Positions 30,650 to 38,671 of a stretch of DNA of 53,326 nucleotides are shown piece by piece. The first letter of the stretch is position 1, and each line of letters starts with the position of its first letter. The DNA comes from Cyanobacteria bacterium J06626_4 (GTDB lineage: Bacteria > Cyanobacteriota > Cyanobacteriia > Phormidesmidales > Phormidesmidaceae): the NCBI GenBank assembly GCA_038523235.1, contig JBCBJQ010000030.1, forward strand, positions 1-53,326. Reading direction: 5' to 3'. Below the pieces are notes generated by a model. It was not told the DNA's origin and did not search any database. It saw nothing but the letters and a program-made list of their open reading frames with translations. Both the position numbers and the translations under genes were made by a program.

Positions 30650-31567
30650 CTATTCGCTGTACCAAAATAAATCGGCGATCGCCTCGGCTTCTGAGGCTTC
30701 TGTGAGAAAGTCAGCGGGGTTGAGCAGCACGATTTGCTGCGTTAGATCATCCCCTAACCGGCGGGCCACCCGGTCAGGAATACCGTGGCCGTAAATGACG
30801 TGGCCGTTGCCCGCCAGCACCACCACCTGAGTATCGGGATTGCTGGTTTTAAACTCAGAGATGGTCAGGGCCATCGTTTCATCCCAGGTGACCTGAGCCG
30901 CAAAGAAATTGTCAAAGTTAAAATTGCCGTGCCCGCTGTGGCTGCCAAAGGCCGCAGCGACAAACTCGCGGTAGTCGTCGTTGCTGGTATCGATCTCCGA
31001 CACCGGAGGAATGTAGCGAAAATCGTCTTCCTCAAGGCTTTCGAGCCCCTCACGCGCCACCTGTCGAGTAATTTCGCTGGGGGCATTGAGGGCTAAGACG
31101 GGCAGCTCATGGTCGCGAGCAAAACGTAGAAAGGGAGCATAAAATTCCCACGGAAAGCCCCAGCGCTCTAAGTATTCGGTTTGCTCAACCAGCTCCGCTT
31201 CCGAGAGTTCGCCCGCCAGGTAGCGATCAATCACCGGCTGAAAGGGCCGCTGAAACATCTCCAGCGCGATCGCCATATCTGGGTCGGCGGCATACAGCCC
31301 CTCAATGATAGTGAGCTGAGCCGCATGATCGACTTCGCTGTCGTGCCGTTCGCCCAGGTACACCACATCAGCCGCGACCAACGTCTGAAATTCAGCGGCT
31401 TCGATGGTCGAAAGCGCAGCGGGCACAGTGGGATTGACCGCAGTAGCGGGTTCTTCGCTAGCCGCGAGTTCGCTAACTTCGCCAGCGGAGCAAGCGATCG
31501 GCGTTGCCATCAACACAGCACCTAACAGCAGCGGGCCGAAGCCCCGAAGTCGAAATCGGAAAGTCAT
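30650..31567 (-). CDS. ChaN-family (haem-uptake) lipoprotein
   Basis: Lipobox PIA-C; VVYLGERHD, ALEMF, AQVTWDETMA, LAGNGH. Confidence 0.88.
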   Translation of the reverse strand: MTFRFRLRGFGPLLLGAVLMATPIACSAGEVSELAASEEPATAVNPTVPAALSTIEAAEFQTLVAADVVYLGERHDSEVDHAAQLTIIEGLYAADPDMAIALEMFQRPFQPVIDRYLAGELSEAELVEQTEYLERWGFPWEFYAPFLRFARDHELPVLALNAPSEITRQVAREGLESLEEDDFRYIPPVSEIDTSNDDYREFVAAAFGSHSGHGNFNFDNFFAAQVTWDETMALTISEFKTSNPDTQVVVLAGNGHVIYGHGIPDRVARRLGDDLTQQIVLLNPADFLTEASEAEAIADLFWYSE

Positions 31568-31573
31568 AGGAGA

Positions 31574-31792
31574 TTAAAACGTGGGGCGATTAGTTGTGCA
31601 GTGTAGCGCTAGGGCCGCCGTACTGGCCAAAATCGCTGCTGATGGAGCGGCACAGCCCAAGATGGTCAGGGCCTGATAGCTCAAACCGCAAAAGATGAGC
31701 GTAGAGCCCATGGGTGTCGTCAAAAACTCACCCAGCTCGGCGAGGTCTTCGAGCAGCTGCAGAAAATGGAGAAAACGGTCAAGAATCGCCAC
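31574..31792 (-). CDS. Small hypothetical membrane protein (~72 aa)
   Basis: GTG at 31792 preceded by AGGAG; hydrophobic C-half; stop 6 nt before chaN start. Confidence 0.5.
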   Translation of the reverse strand: MAILDRFLHFLQLLEDLAELGEFLTTPMGSTLIFCGLSYQALTILGCAAPSAAILASTAALALHCTTNRPTF

Positions 31793-32157
31793 GGCAGTTA
31801 CTCCTATTGAGAAACACTGGAACAAAACAGGCGGCGAGACAATTGCGTCTCCGCCCAGCCCGGGGGCTCCCAATCGACGCAGGGCGGCTGCAGCATTCTT
31901 TGCTGTATGGCCGAAACATACCGTTCTAGCCGAACAGTTTGAGTTAGGTAAGCTGAGCCGGAGGTAAGCGGCTGAGTTGAGCGTGAGCCAGTGGGGGGCA
32001 TGGTTAAAAGCTTCCCTAAGAATGGAGCAAAGATGACGGTGAATCGGCTGCGGCCAGGTTGGACTAAGGACGATTGATGCTGGGGGCGGCGGTTTGCGCT
32101 TTCAAGGGCACGACAGGGGGCACGGCTCAAAGGTCGAGAGCCCCCGGCCAGGCAGGA

Positions 32158-32640
32158 CTAGCTTAGGAGTGCCTGCAGCCGCTGCGTCAGAATCGATTTG
32201 GGCACCTTGCCAACAAAGGTTTCGGCGATCGTCCCTTGTCGATCAATCAGGGCGATATGGGGGACGCCGGTGACGCCAAACTGCTGCACCTGCGATCGCC
32301 ATTGAGGGTCGTCAATATTCAACATGACTAAATTGAGGTCGGCGTCAAATTGATGATGTACCGTCTCTAAAGTGGGGGCCATCGCCTGACAAGTGGTGCA
32401 CCAATCGGCGTAAAACTCCACTAAGGTTGGCTGGCCGTTAGCGATCGCCTGCTCATAGGGCATGGCCTGCTGAGCGCTGGCTCGCAGGGTCATGAGGCCC
32501 GCCACTGGTGATGCACTTTGGGCCATCGTGACCGGGCGGGTTAAGAAAAAGGCCGCGATCGCAAAGAGCAGGATGACCGAGATCGCCAGTAAGCTGCGGT
32601 TTTTGCGATCGGTTTTTGGGTCTATGCGATGGGTCGTCAT
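32158..32640 (-). CDS. Membrane-anchored thioredoxin (TxlA/HCF164/CcsX-like)
   Basis: N-terminal TM, EFYADWCTTC, GVP cis-Pro; alternative coupled start at 32676. Confidence 0.88.
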   Translation of the reverse strand: MTTHRIDPKTDRKNRSLLAISVILLFAIAAFFLTRPVTMAQSASPVAGLMTLRASAQQAMPYEQAIANGQPTLVEFYADWCTTCQAMAPTLETVHHQFDADLNLVMLNIDDPQWRSQVQQFGVTGVPHIALIDRQGTIAETFVGKVPKSILTQRLQALLS

Positions 32641-32675
32641 CGGTCCTCTCTTCCGGTTGTAGACATCACTCGACA

Positions 32676-33203
32676 TTACTTAGCGCCATATTTGAAATGC
32701 GTGGTGGATTCCACCAATTTATGCAGCGTCGGGCTCGACTCGCCATACAAATCCAGCCATTCATAAAAGGTCAGCTCACCGTTCAGAAAGTCATTCGGAT
32801 GTTCGGCCCCGGCCAGCATGATGTCGCTGATGGTGCGATAGGCTCCGACCCAAGCCGCGGCTGTCTCCGGGGTCCAATCTGCGCCTAAAAAATCTTCAAA
32901 CGCCTGCAGTAAAGCCCGCCCCACCAAGGGATAGTGCTCAACCATCGTGCCCTTATCGACGTGATAGGCGCCCAGCGCCTCCAAGGCATGGGTCAGGGCA
33001 TCGGGGTTGTGCAAGTTTTCGACAATCAGCGCTAATGAGGCCACCAGCTTTTTTTCCTGCAGCTCTAGGCTGACATCGGCAAACATCGATTTGACTTCAG
33101 GATTATTGGCGAAGAGATGGCGGTGAAAGCAGTCGGAAAAGGCCATCGCATTGGGCTTGATCTTGTCAAAACTGTCTTCCAGGAGGCGAATCTGATCAGT
33201 CAT
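32676..33203 (-). CDS. Single-domain globin with C-terminal extension
   Basis: LLEDSF, LFANNPEVKSMF, LQEKKL, LGAYH (F8 His), EHYPLVG, WTPE..AAW. Confidence 0.9.
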   Translation of the reverse strand: MTDQIRLLEDSFDKIKPNAMAFSDCFHRHLFANNPEVKSMFADVSLELQEKKLVASLALIVENLHNPDALTHALEALGAYHVDKGTMVEHYPLVGRALLQAFEDFLGADWTPETAAAWVGAYRTISDIMLAGAEHPNDFLNGELTFYEWLDLYGESSPTLHKLVESTTHFKYGAK

Positions 33204-33386
33204 GGGAAGTTATCCGTAATACGCCAGGGTGCGATGGAATATGCTCAACTCCGGGCTCGCCGGTGGATTCTCGGTCGGGACAGGCGCTGCCATGCCCAAG
33301 ATCAACATATTGGCTTTGAAACTGCTCTGGTTAATATGAAACGGCTCTACAACGTTTACCCTCCTCCGAATCAAGGACTGTCCACG

Positions 33387-34139
33387 CTACTGGTAGTAGT
33401 AGGCGAGGGCGATGTGAAACAGCAGCATGACTCCAAAGACACAGACAAAGAAAATGTGGCTAGTCAGCCACAGGGCACGCAGCCCCCGGATTAAGGGGCC
33501 TTTAGTTAAGACTTTGCTGGTGCCGGGCAGTTTGCCAAAATAACTGCGGGCTGATTCGAGAATGCCGGTTTCAGCGACGACGCCCACCAATGCCGTCAGC
33601 GTAGTGGCAAAAAAGACCCAGAGAAACACGGCGTTAAAGTTCAGTCCGTTGGCCCCCAGGGTGTGCACCAGCACCATGCCCAATAGCCCCACGCCCAAGA
33701 AGATATGAGTGCTGCGCCAAAACATCATGGAACCCGGCAGCTTGATGCTGGCGATCCAGCCGCGTCCGCGCTTGCGTACCGTCAGCAGCATCTCGATCAC
33801 CACAAAAGCTAGCGCGGCATAGCCTGTGCCTTGCTTGTAGAGTTCGCCCCGCAAAAATTGATGTAGATCAACCGAGCGTGCGCGCAGCAGATCTAAGTAG
33901 TGCTCGCTAAAGACAAAGGGCGTGAGCAGCAGGGCCGTCAGCAGGGTAAGGCCAATCAGCACTTTGAACCCTGGCTGAATCCCTCGGGGCTTAATCGGCT
34001 GGCGTCGCTGGGGGGCGATCGCCGCCGCCATGGCATCGGTCATATTGGTCGAGTCTGGTGGCATCGTTGAGAGATCACGACTCGGCGCGATCGAGTTGGG
34101 CAATTCCGAACTGTGGGGATGACGACCAGAGCGGCTCAT
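33387..34139 (-). CDS. Membrane protein with four TM His (cytochrome b-like)
   Basis: ~5 TM; WRSTHIF, LVHT, LTSHIF, LFHI. Confidence 0.7.
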   Translation of the reverse strand: MSRSGRHPHSSELPNSIAPSRDLSTMPPDSTNMTDAMAAAIAPQRRQPIKPRGIQPGFKVLIGLTLLTALLLTPFVFSEHYLDLLRARSVDLHQFLRGELYKQGTGYAALAFVVIEMLLTVRKRGRGWIASIKLPGSMMFWRSTHIFLGVGLLGMVLVHTLGANGLNFNAVFLWVFFATTLTALVGVVAETGILESARSYFGKLPGTSKVLTKGPLIRGLRALWLTSHIFFVCVFGVMLLFHIALAYYYQ

Positions 34140-34641
34140 GGTTTTTAGCGATTGATAAAAGGACAAAAACTTAAAGTCAACTGGCTGGAGCGAGCCCTAG
34201 AACGGATGCTTTGTGGGTGCGATCGCCCAATATCGTCAAGGGAATGAGCCGTCGCTCGCCTAAGTATGCCGGGGTCTCCGCAAGGCAGGGTTTGGATAAA
34301 ACCGAGCAGCCGCACACGGTTTAACCGTTCGGACAGCTCAGGCATGAGCGGAACCGGGAGAGCCCGCAGTAGGCTCGTCTAGAAATTCTTTTAAGCTTTG
34401 TTAATTACCGTAAATGACGATATTCTCTGGTCTTGTTGTGTCAGCTACAGTTTTGCCTGGGAATTTACTGGGATGCATCAAAACTATGCGAATCTTGCAT
34501 TCAGGTCAGGCAACTCCTCTGGACGCTTTCCACCAGGCGGTTATAGAGCTTTCCAGCGTGGTCAACCCTGCTCCAAACTGACGGGAAATCCGATTACGAA
34601 AAATGGCCACCACATTAGTGGTTAAGGATATTTAGGCGGCG

Positions 34642-34670
34642 ATCGGAGAAAGGAATTTCCTCTCTCCGAT
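34642..34670. terminator. Stem-loop downstream of the DUF3365 gene
   Basis: ATCGGAGA-A-AGGAA-T-TTCCT-C-TCTCCGAT; no strong U-tract. Confidence 0.45.
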
Positions 34671-34714
34671 TGGCTTCACTAGGAGATGTGAAGGCTAGTC
34701 GGTGTCAACTAGCG

Positions 34715-35371
34715 TTAGGCTCCCGCTAGGGGAATGTTAATCACCACACCGCCCATCACTTCATCCATCACGAACTGCTTGTCGGGATAGCGCTCTAAGT
34801 GAATGGGATGCGTGTTGTGACAAGAGACACAGGCTTCAGCCACTGCAATATCAGGGTAAATTGCCGAGAAGAATTGCTGGTCGCCGACTTCCTGATAATC
34901 CTTATAGGGCTCGCTGGTGTCGATCACAGCATCCATTGCCGTTTGCTCGAAATCGCTCTTCGGCGCATGGCTGTCGTTAATGTACCAGGGAGAAATCAGG
35001 TTGTAGGTGAAATAGCCTTTGTCATTAGCAATTTCCGAGCCTAAGCGGAACATTTGCGCTGGCAGGGGAATGCCCTCGCCTTGCTGCCAGGTCTCGGTCG
35101 CTTCGACAGGCACTACGCCATCGGCTTTTTCTTTGCCTTCGAGCATGGTGGCGCGATTGACGACGTGCTTGGTGTAGGCGGTGCGATCCGCTTCCAAAAC
35201 AGTGTGAATATAGTCGGCAACTAAATCAGGGGAAATGCCGGGGGTCGCAGTTGCAGTGGTGCTGCCCCCACTACTACAGGAAATTGCGGTAACGGATACG
35301 GCCAGAATGATCGCGATGAAAGCCACTGTGCGGGTGCGCAGGGTATTCATCCATTTTTCAACAAGGGTCAT
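34715..35371 (-). CDS. DUF3365 (Tll0287-like) c-type haem lipoprotein
   Basis: Lipobox AIS-C; PLPAQM, P.SDFE, AEACVSCH, DEVMGGVVINIP. Confidence 0.85.
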   Translation of the reverse strand: MTLVEKWMNTLRTRTVAFIAIILAVSVTAISCSSGGSTTATATPGISPDLVADYIHTVLEADRTAYTKHVVNRATMLEGKEKADGVVPVEATETWQQGEGIPLPAQMFRLGSEIANDKGYFTYNLISPWYINDSHAPKSDFEQTAMDAVIDTSEPYKDYQEVGDQQFFSAIYPDIAVAEACVSCHNTHPIHLERYPDKQFVMDEVMGGVVINIPLAGA

Positions 35372-35493
35372 GAACTTGGTCTCCTCTTAGGTCAATTTCA
35401 AACGGGTTAAAGCGTTCGTTGTGTTGCGATGATGTGGTTGTGACGTGTGAGCGTGATTGTTCGGCGATGCGAACGCTGGAATTGACGATCGCG

Positions 35494-36291
35494 CTACTCG
35501 GTGCCCTGGTCAGTGCGGCGAGCGTTAAAGGCGCGCACTAAGTCAAAGCTTTCGAGGGCGAGGGTGGGCGGCGCATCGAAGTTGGCCTCCACCAGGTCAT
35601 CGTCAAAAATGCTGTTATAGCTGTACTCCGCACCATGGCAGTTCATACAGACGTCTTTCACCATGCGATCGCGGGGCAGCAGCGTGTAGGTGTTGTTGTG
35701 ATTCACCTGAGTGAAAACGTTATCGCCGGTGCCCATCTCGTGGCGCGGCAAGTGGCAGGTGGCGCAACTCACAGCGGTCGCCGAGGGGCGCGGCAAATTG
35801 CTGTCGGCAGCAAACAGTTCCGCATGACGAGAGTTTTGATAATTCAGCGAGTGGGTGTCGTTGTGACAACCCAGACAAGAATCTGTCGCCGCCTGCACCG
35901 TGTTGACGGCATGCACGTCATGGCAAGAGTTACAGGTCATCTGCCAATCTTGAGCCGCCGCCTGCATAGGCAACCGGGCCATGGCCGGGGTCAACGGTGT
36001 GGCACCCTCTAGCAGGCGAATGCCGTGCTTGCCCAGCAGGAATGTATCTACAGCTTGCTCGTGGCAAGTCTGGCAGCTCTCGACGCCTGGCTGGGCCACA
36101 AACGCCTGAGTTTGCTCGGCTTGGTGACAACTCGAACAGTTGACCTTATTCAGCGCATGGGCGCTGGTTTCCCAGAGCTGCGTGCTGCTGTCGATTTTGG
36201 CCTGATCGACGCTGTCCGCTTGGGCGGGGGAAATCCCCAACAGGGTGAGGCAAAGGGTGAGACACAGGAGGGCGATCGCTCTCATTAACAT
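35494..36291 (-). CDS. Exported hexahaem cytochrome c
   Basis: Signal peptide AQA|D; CSSCH, CQTCH, CNSCH, CLGCH, CATCH, CMNCH. Confidence 0.93.
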   Translation of the reverse strand: MLMRAIALLCLTLCLTLLGISPAQADSVDQAKIDSSTQLWETSAHALNKVNCSSCHQAEQTQAFVAQPGVESCQTCHEQAVDTFLLGKHGIRLLEGATPLTPAMARLPMQAAAQDWQMTCNSCHDVHAVNTVQAATDSCLGCHNDTHSLNYQNSRHAELFAADSNLPRPSATAVSCATCHLPRHEMGTGDNVFTQVNHNNTYTLLPRDRMVKDVCMNCHGAEYSYNSIFDDDLVEANFDAPPTLALESFDLVRAFNARRTDQGTE

Positions 36292-36938
36292 CAGGCACCT
36301 CCGCCCAGAAATTCACGACTCAAATCGGGAGCTGGGGCGGTTTCGACCTGGGTCAAAACAGTGCGATCGGGCAGCTTTTGCACCGGCAATATGGGCGGCT
36401 GATCGAGGTTTTCAATCAAAAATCCGGTCGAGATCGAGCGGTGATCGTGGTAGTTGTGACAGCCGGCTGTCCAACACCCATCGGCCGCAAAGTCATCATG
36501 ACTTTTGAGATCCCCTTGGATGATGCCTTCATGACAGGCCATACACAGATCCGGTTGCAGATGCACCCCGCGACCAAACATATGCACATGTTCGTTATGG
36601 CAGGTGGTGCAGGTCAGCGCCTCAATCTTGGCCAGTTCCCCAGCCCACCGAGGATCACGAAACTTAGCAGCACCGTGCTTGTCTTCGGCCAACTCAGCCT
36701 GGTGACAGCGACTGCAGTTCTCATTGCTGACCGGGTTAAACCCCTCATGACAAGAGCTACAGGACGCCTCAAACAGGTAGTGACCGACGGAGGTTTCGCC
36801 GGGCAAAAACACCTCCTTATTGTCAAAGGCGAAGGCAGCGGCAAACCAACCCATGAGGACGATGCACATCACGGCGATCGCCGTCCTTAGGTTAAACACG
36901 GCCTGCCATTTTGCCGCCTGACTTCTAGATGCCATCAA
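36291..36938 (-). CDS. Membrane-anchored multihaem cytochrome c (4 CXXCH + 1 CX4CH)
   Basis: N-terminal TM; CSSCH, CSRCH, CTTCH, CMACH, CWTAGCH; TGATG overlap with next gene. Confidence 0.92.
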   Translation of the reverse strand: MMASRSQAAKWQAVFNLRTAIAVMCIVLMGWFAAAFAFDNKEVFLPGETSVGHYLFEASCSSCHEGFNPVSNENCSRCHQAELAEDKHGAAKFRDPRWAGELAKIEALTCTTCHNEHVHMFGRGVHLQPDLCMACHEGIIQGDLKSHDDFAADGCWTAGCHNYHDHRSISTGFLIENLDQPPILPVQKLPDRTVLTQVETAPAPDLSREFLGGGA

Positions 36939-36962
36939 TCTTGCTCCGCGCTTTCCCTACGG

Positions 36963-37988
36963 TCAGAACAGTAAAATCAGCGCGATTAGCCCGATCAGAC
37001 TGCCGCCTACGATTCCCGCTGCGGTGCCCGTCGAGATATTGCCGGCCGGGGCCTCAAGGGCAGCTTCTGGCGTCAGCTGCACCGCTGCCTGCTCATAATC
37101 AGCGCCCTTCAGCATGACTTCGGTAATCAAGCCATAGGCTTCGACCCAAGCCGCTTGCGTATCCGGCGTCCAGTCATTTCCGAGGTATTGGCCAAAGGTT
37201 TTGAGCAGTGAATTGCCCACCAGCGGATAGTGCTCGGGCAAGGCCCCATACTTGACGTGACGCGCGCCCAGCCCTTCGAGGGCACCGGTCAACGCTCCGG
37301 GGTTGCGCAGGTTTTCCACCACGAAAACCAAAGACTTCAGCAGCTTGTTACCTTGTTCTTTCATGTTGGAATGAGCAAACAAAGGCTTGGCGGCGGGGTA
37401 ATCAGTGAACAAATTTTCGTAAAAGCTACTGACAAATGCGTCGGCCTGCGGCCCGACCTTCGCAAAGCTCTCTTCTAGTAGCTTGACCTTGAGCCCAGTC
37501 GCCTCATCTACCTCCGGCTCGGGAGTCTCCAGCTGTACCTGAGCGCTCTCATAATCAGCGCCTTCGAGCATGACTTCAGTGATCACACCATAGGCTTCGA
37601 CCCAGGCTTGCTGAGTTTCGGGTGTCCAATCATCACCCAAGTACTGGCCAAAGGTTTTGAGCAGCGAATTGCCCACCAGTGGATAATGCTCGGGTAGGGC
37701 ACCGTACTTGACGTGACGCGCACCAAGACCCTGCAGGGCCTCGGTCAGCGCCCCCGGCTGCCGCAGATTTTCGACCACAAATACCAGTGAAGTCAGCAGC
37801 ATATTGCCCTGAGACTTCATATTGACGTGGGCGAATAGGGGCTGGGCGGCTGGGTAATCCGTAAACAGATTCTCGTAGAAACTCCCGACGAACTCATCGG
37901 CCCGAGGCTTGACCTTTTCGAAACTACCTTCCAAAAGCTCGACCTTTAATCCCGCTTCCTGCGAAGAGGATGGTGAACTAGCATCCAT
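36963..37988 (-). CDS. Tandem two-domain globin with C-terminal membrane anchor
   Basis: Two near-identical FHb/VHb-type domains (SFYENLF, LGARHVKYG, PEHYPLVG); hydrophobic C-terminus. Confidence 0.92.
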   Translation of the reverse strand: MDASSPSSSQEAGLKVELLEGSFEKVKPRADEFVGSFYENLFTDYPAAQPLFAHVNMKSQGNMLLTSLVFVVENLRQPGALTEALQGLGARHVKYGALPEHYPLVGNSLLKTFGQYLGDDWTPETQQAWVEAYGVITEVMLEGADYESAQVQLETPEPEVDEATGLKVKLLEESFAKVGPQADAFVSSFYENLFTDYPAAKPLFAHSNMKEQGNKLLKSLVFVVENLRNPGALTGALEGLGARHVKYGALPEHYPLVGNSLLKTFGQYLGNDWTPDTQAAWVEAYGLITEVMLKGADYEQAAVQLTPEAALEAPAGNISTGTAAGIVGGSLIGLIALILLF

Positions 37989-38279
37989 GATGCGCTCCAA
38001 AAAAACGACTCAATTTTAGATTTGCGATGACCACCCAAAGAGCAATAAATTCAGGTGATAAAAACCTCCAACCAACCAACCGAAAACCCTAGCTTTCCGT
38101 CAAAATCACCTTTGTCAAAGTGAGGATCAAAGCGCCCTCGACCCGGCCAAGAATAATGGCCAACAAAAACTCAAAATAAATTTGACTAACTAGGAATGAC
38201 CCCACGACCGCTAGAAAAATCGACTTGCATTCAGCCATTAAGTCAAGCGAGAAATCACGCGATTCGTTTGGATGTTCAG

Positions 38280-38322
38280 ACAGTAGTGGAAAAAAAAGAT
38301 GATTTTTTGTAGTCAGAATAAC
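38280..38322 (-). promoter_or_regulatory. NtcA-like promoter for the globin/multihaem operon
   Basis: Minus strand GTT-N8-TAC (38322-38309), 23 nt, TACTGT (38285-38280). Confidence 0.4.
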
Positions 38323-38585
38323 CAAATCAAAATTTCATATGTTTTTGTTGCATGGGTTTAATGCGGAAACCGGATATTGTCGCAAATCACCGTAGAAAGC
38401 TGCTTTTAGCCGCGACTTGCCTGGCAAATCAGTCCGAGTGGACTTGTTTTGAGGAATTAAAGTCTTCTCTGGCTCTCCGGGCGTAGGGGATTTTGCCCCT
38501 CTCTGAGGTCGTCCGAATCCACTGTCTTGAATTATGGGATATCCGCATCATTGCTATTCGAAATCTGCATAAATGCACTGATTTG

Positions 38586-38599
38586 GTAGTTGCTAATAC
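38586..38599 (+). promoter_or_regulatory. NtcA-binding site upstream of ccsB
   Basis: GTA-GTTGCTAA-TAC(A). Confidence 0.6.
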
Positions 38600-38671
38600 A
38601 GAAATCAAGGCTTGCTTTGGTGACTCTACACTTGAGTTCTTTTAGTCTTTGTCTAGCGTTTTTGAGAGACT

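Noticed and set aside
35494..36938. Calling the cytochromes NrfA/NrfH or HAO
   Set aside because: No CXXCK; sizes and haem counts do not fit
38089..38325. 78-aa ORF in the divergent promoter
   Set aside because: AT-rich regulatory DNA, non-ATG start, no recognisable features
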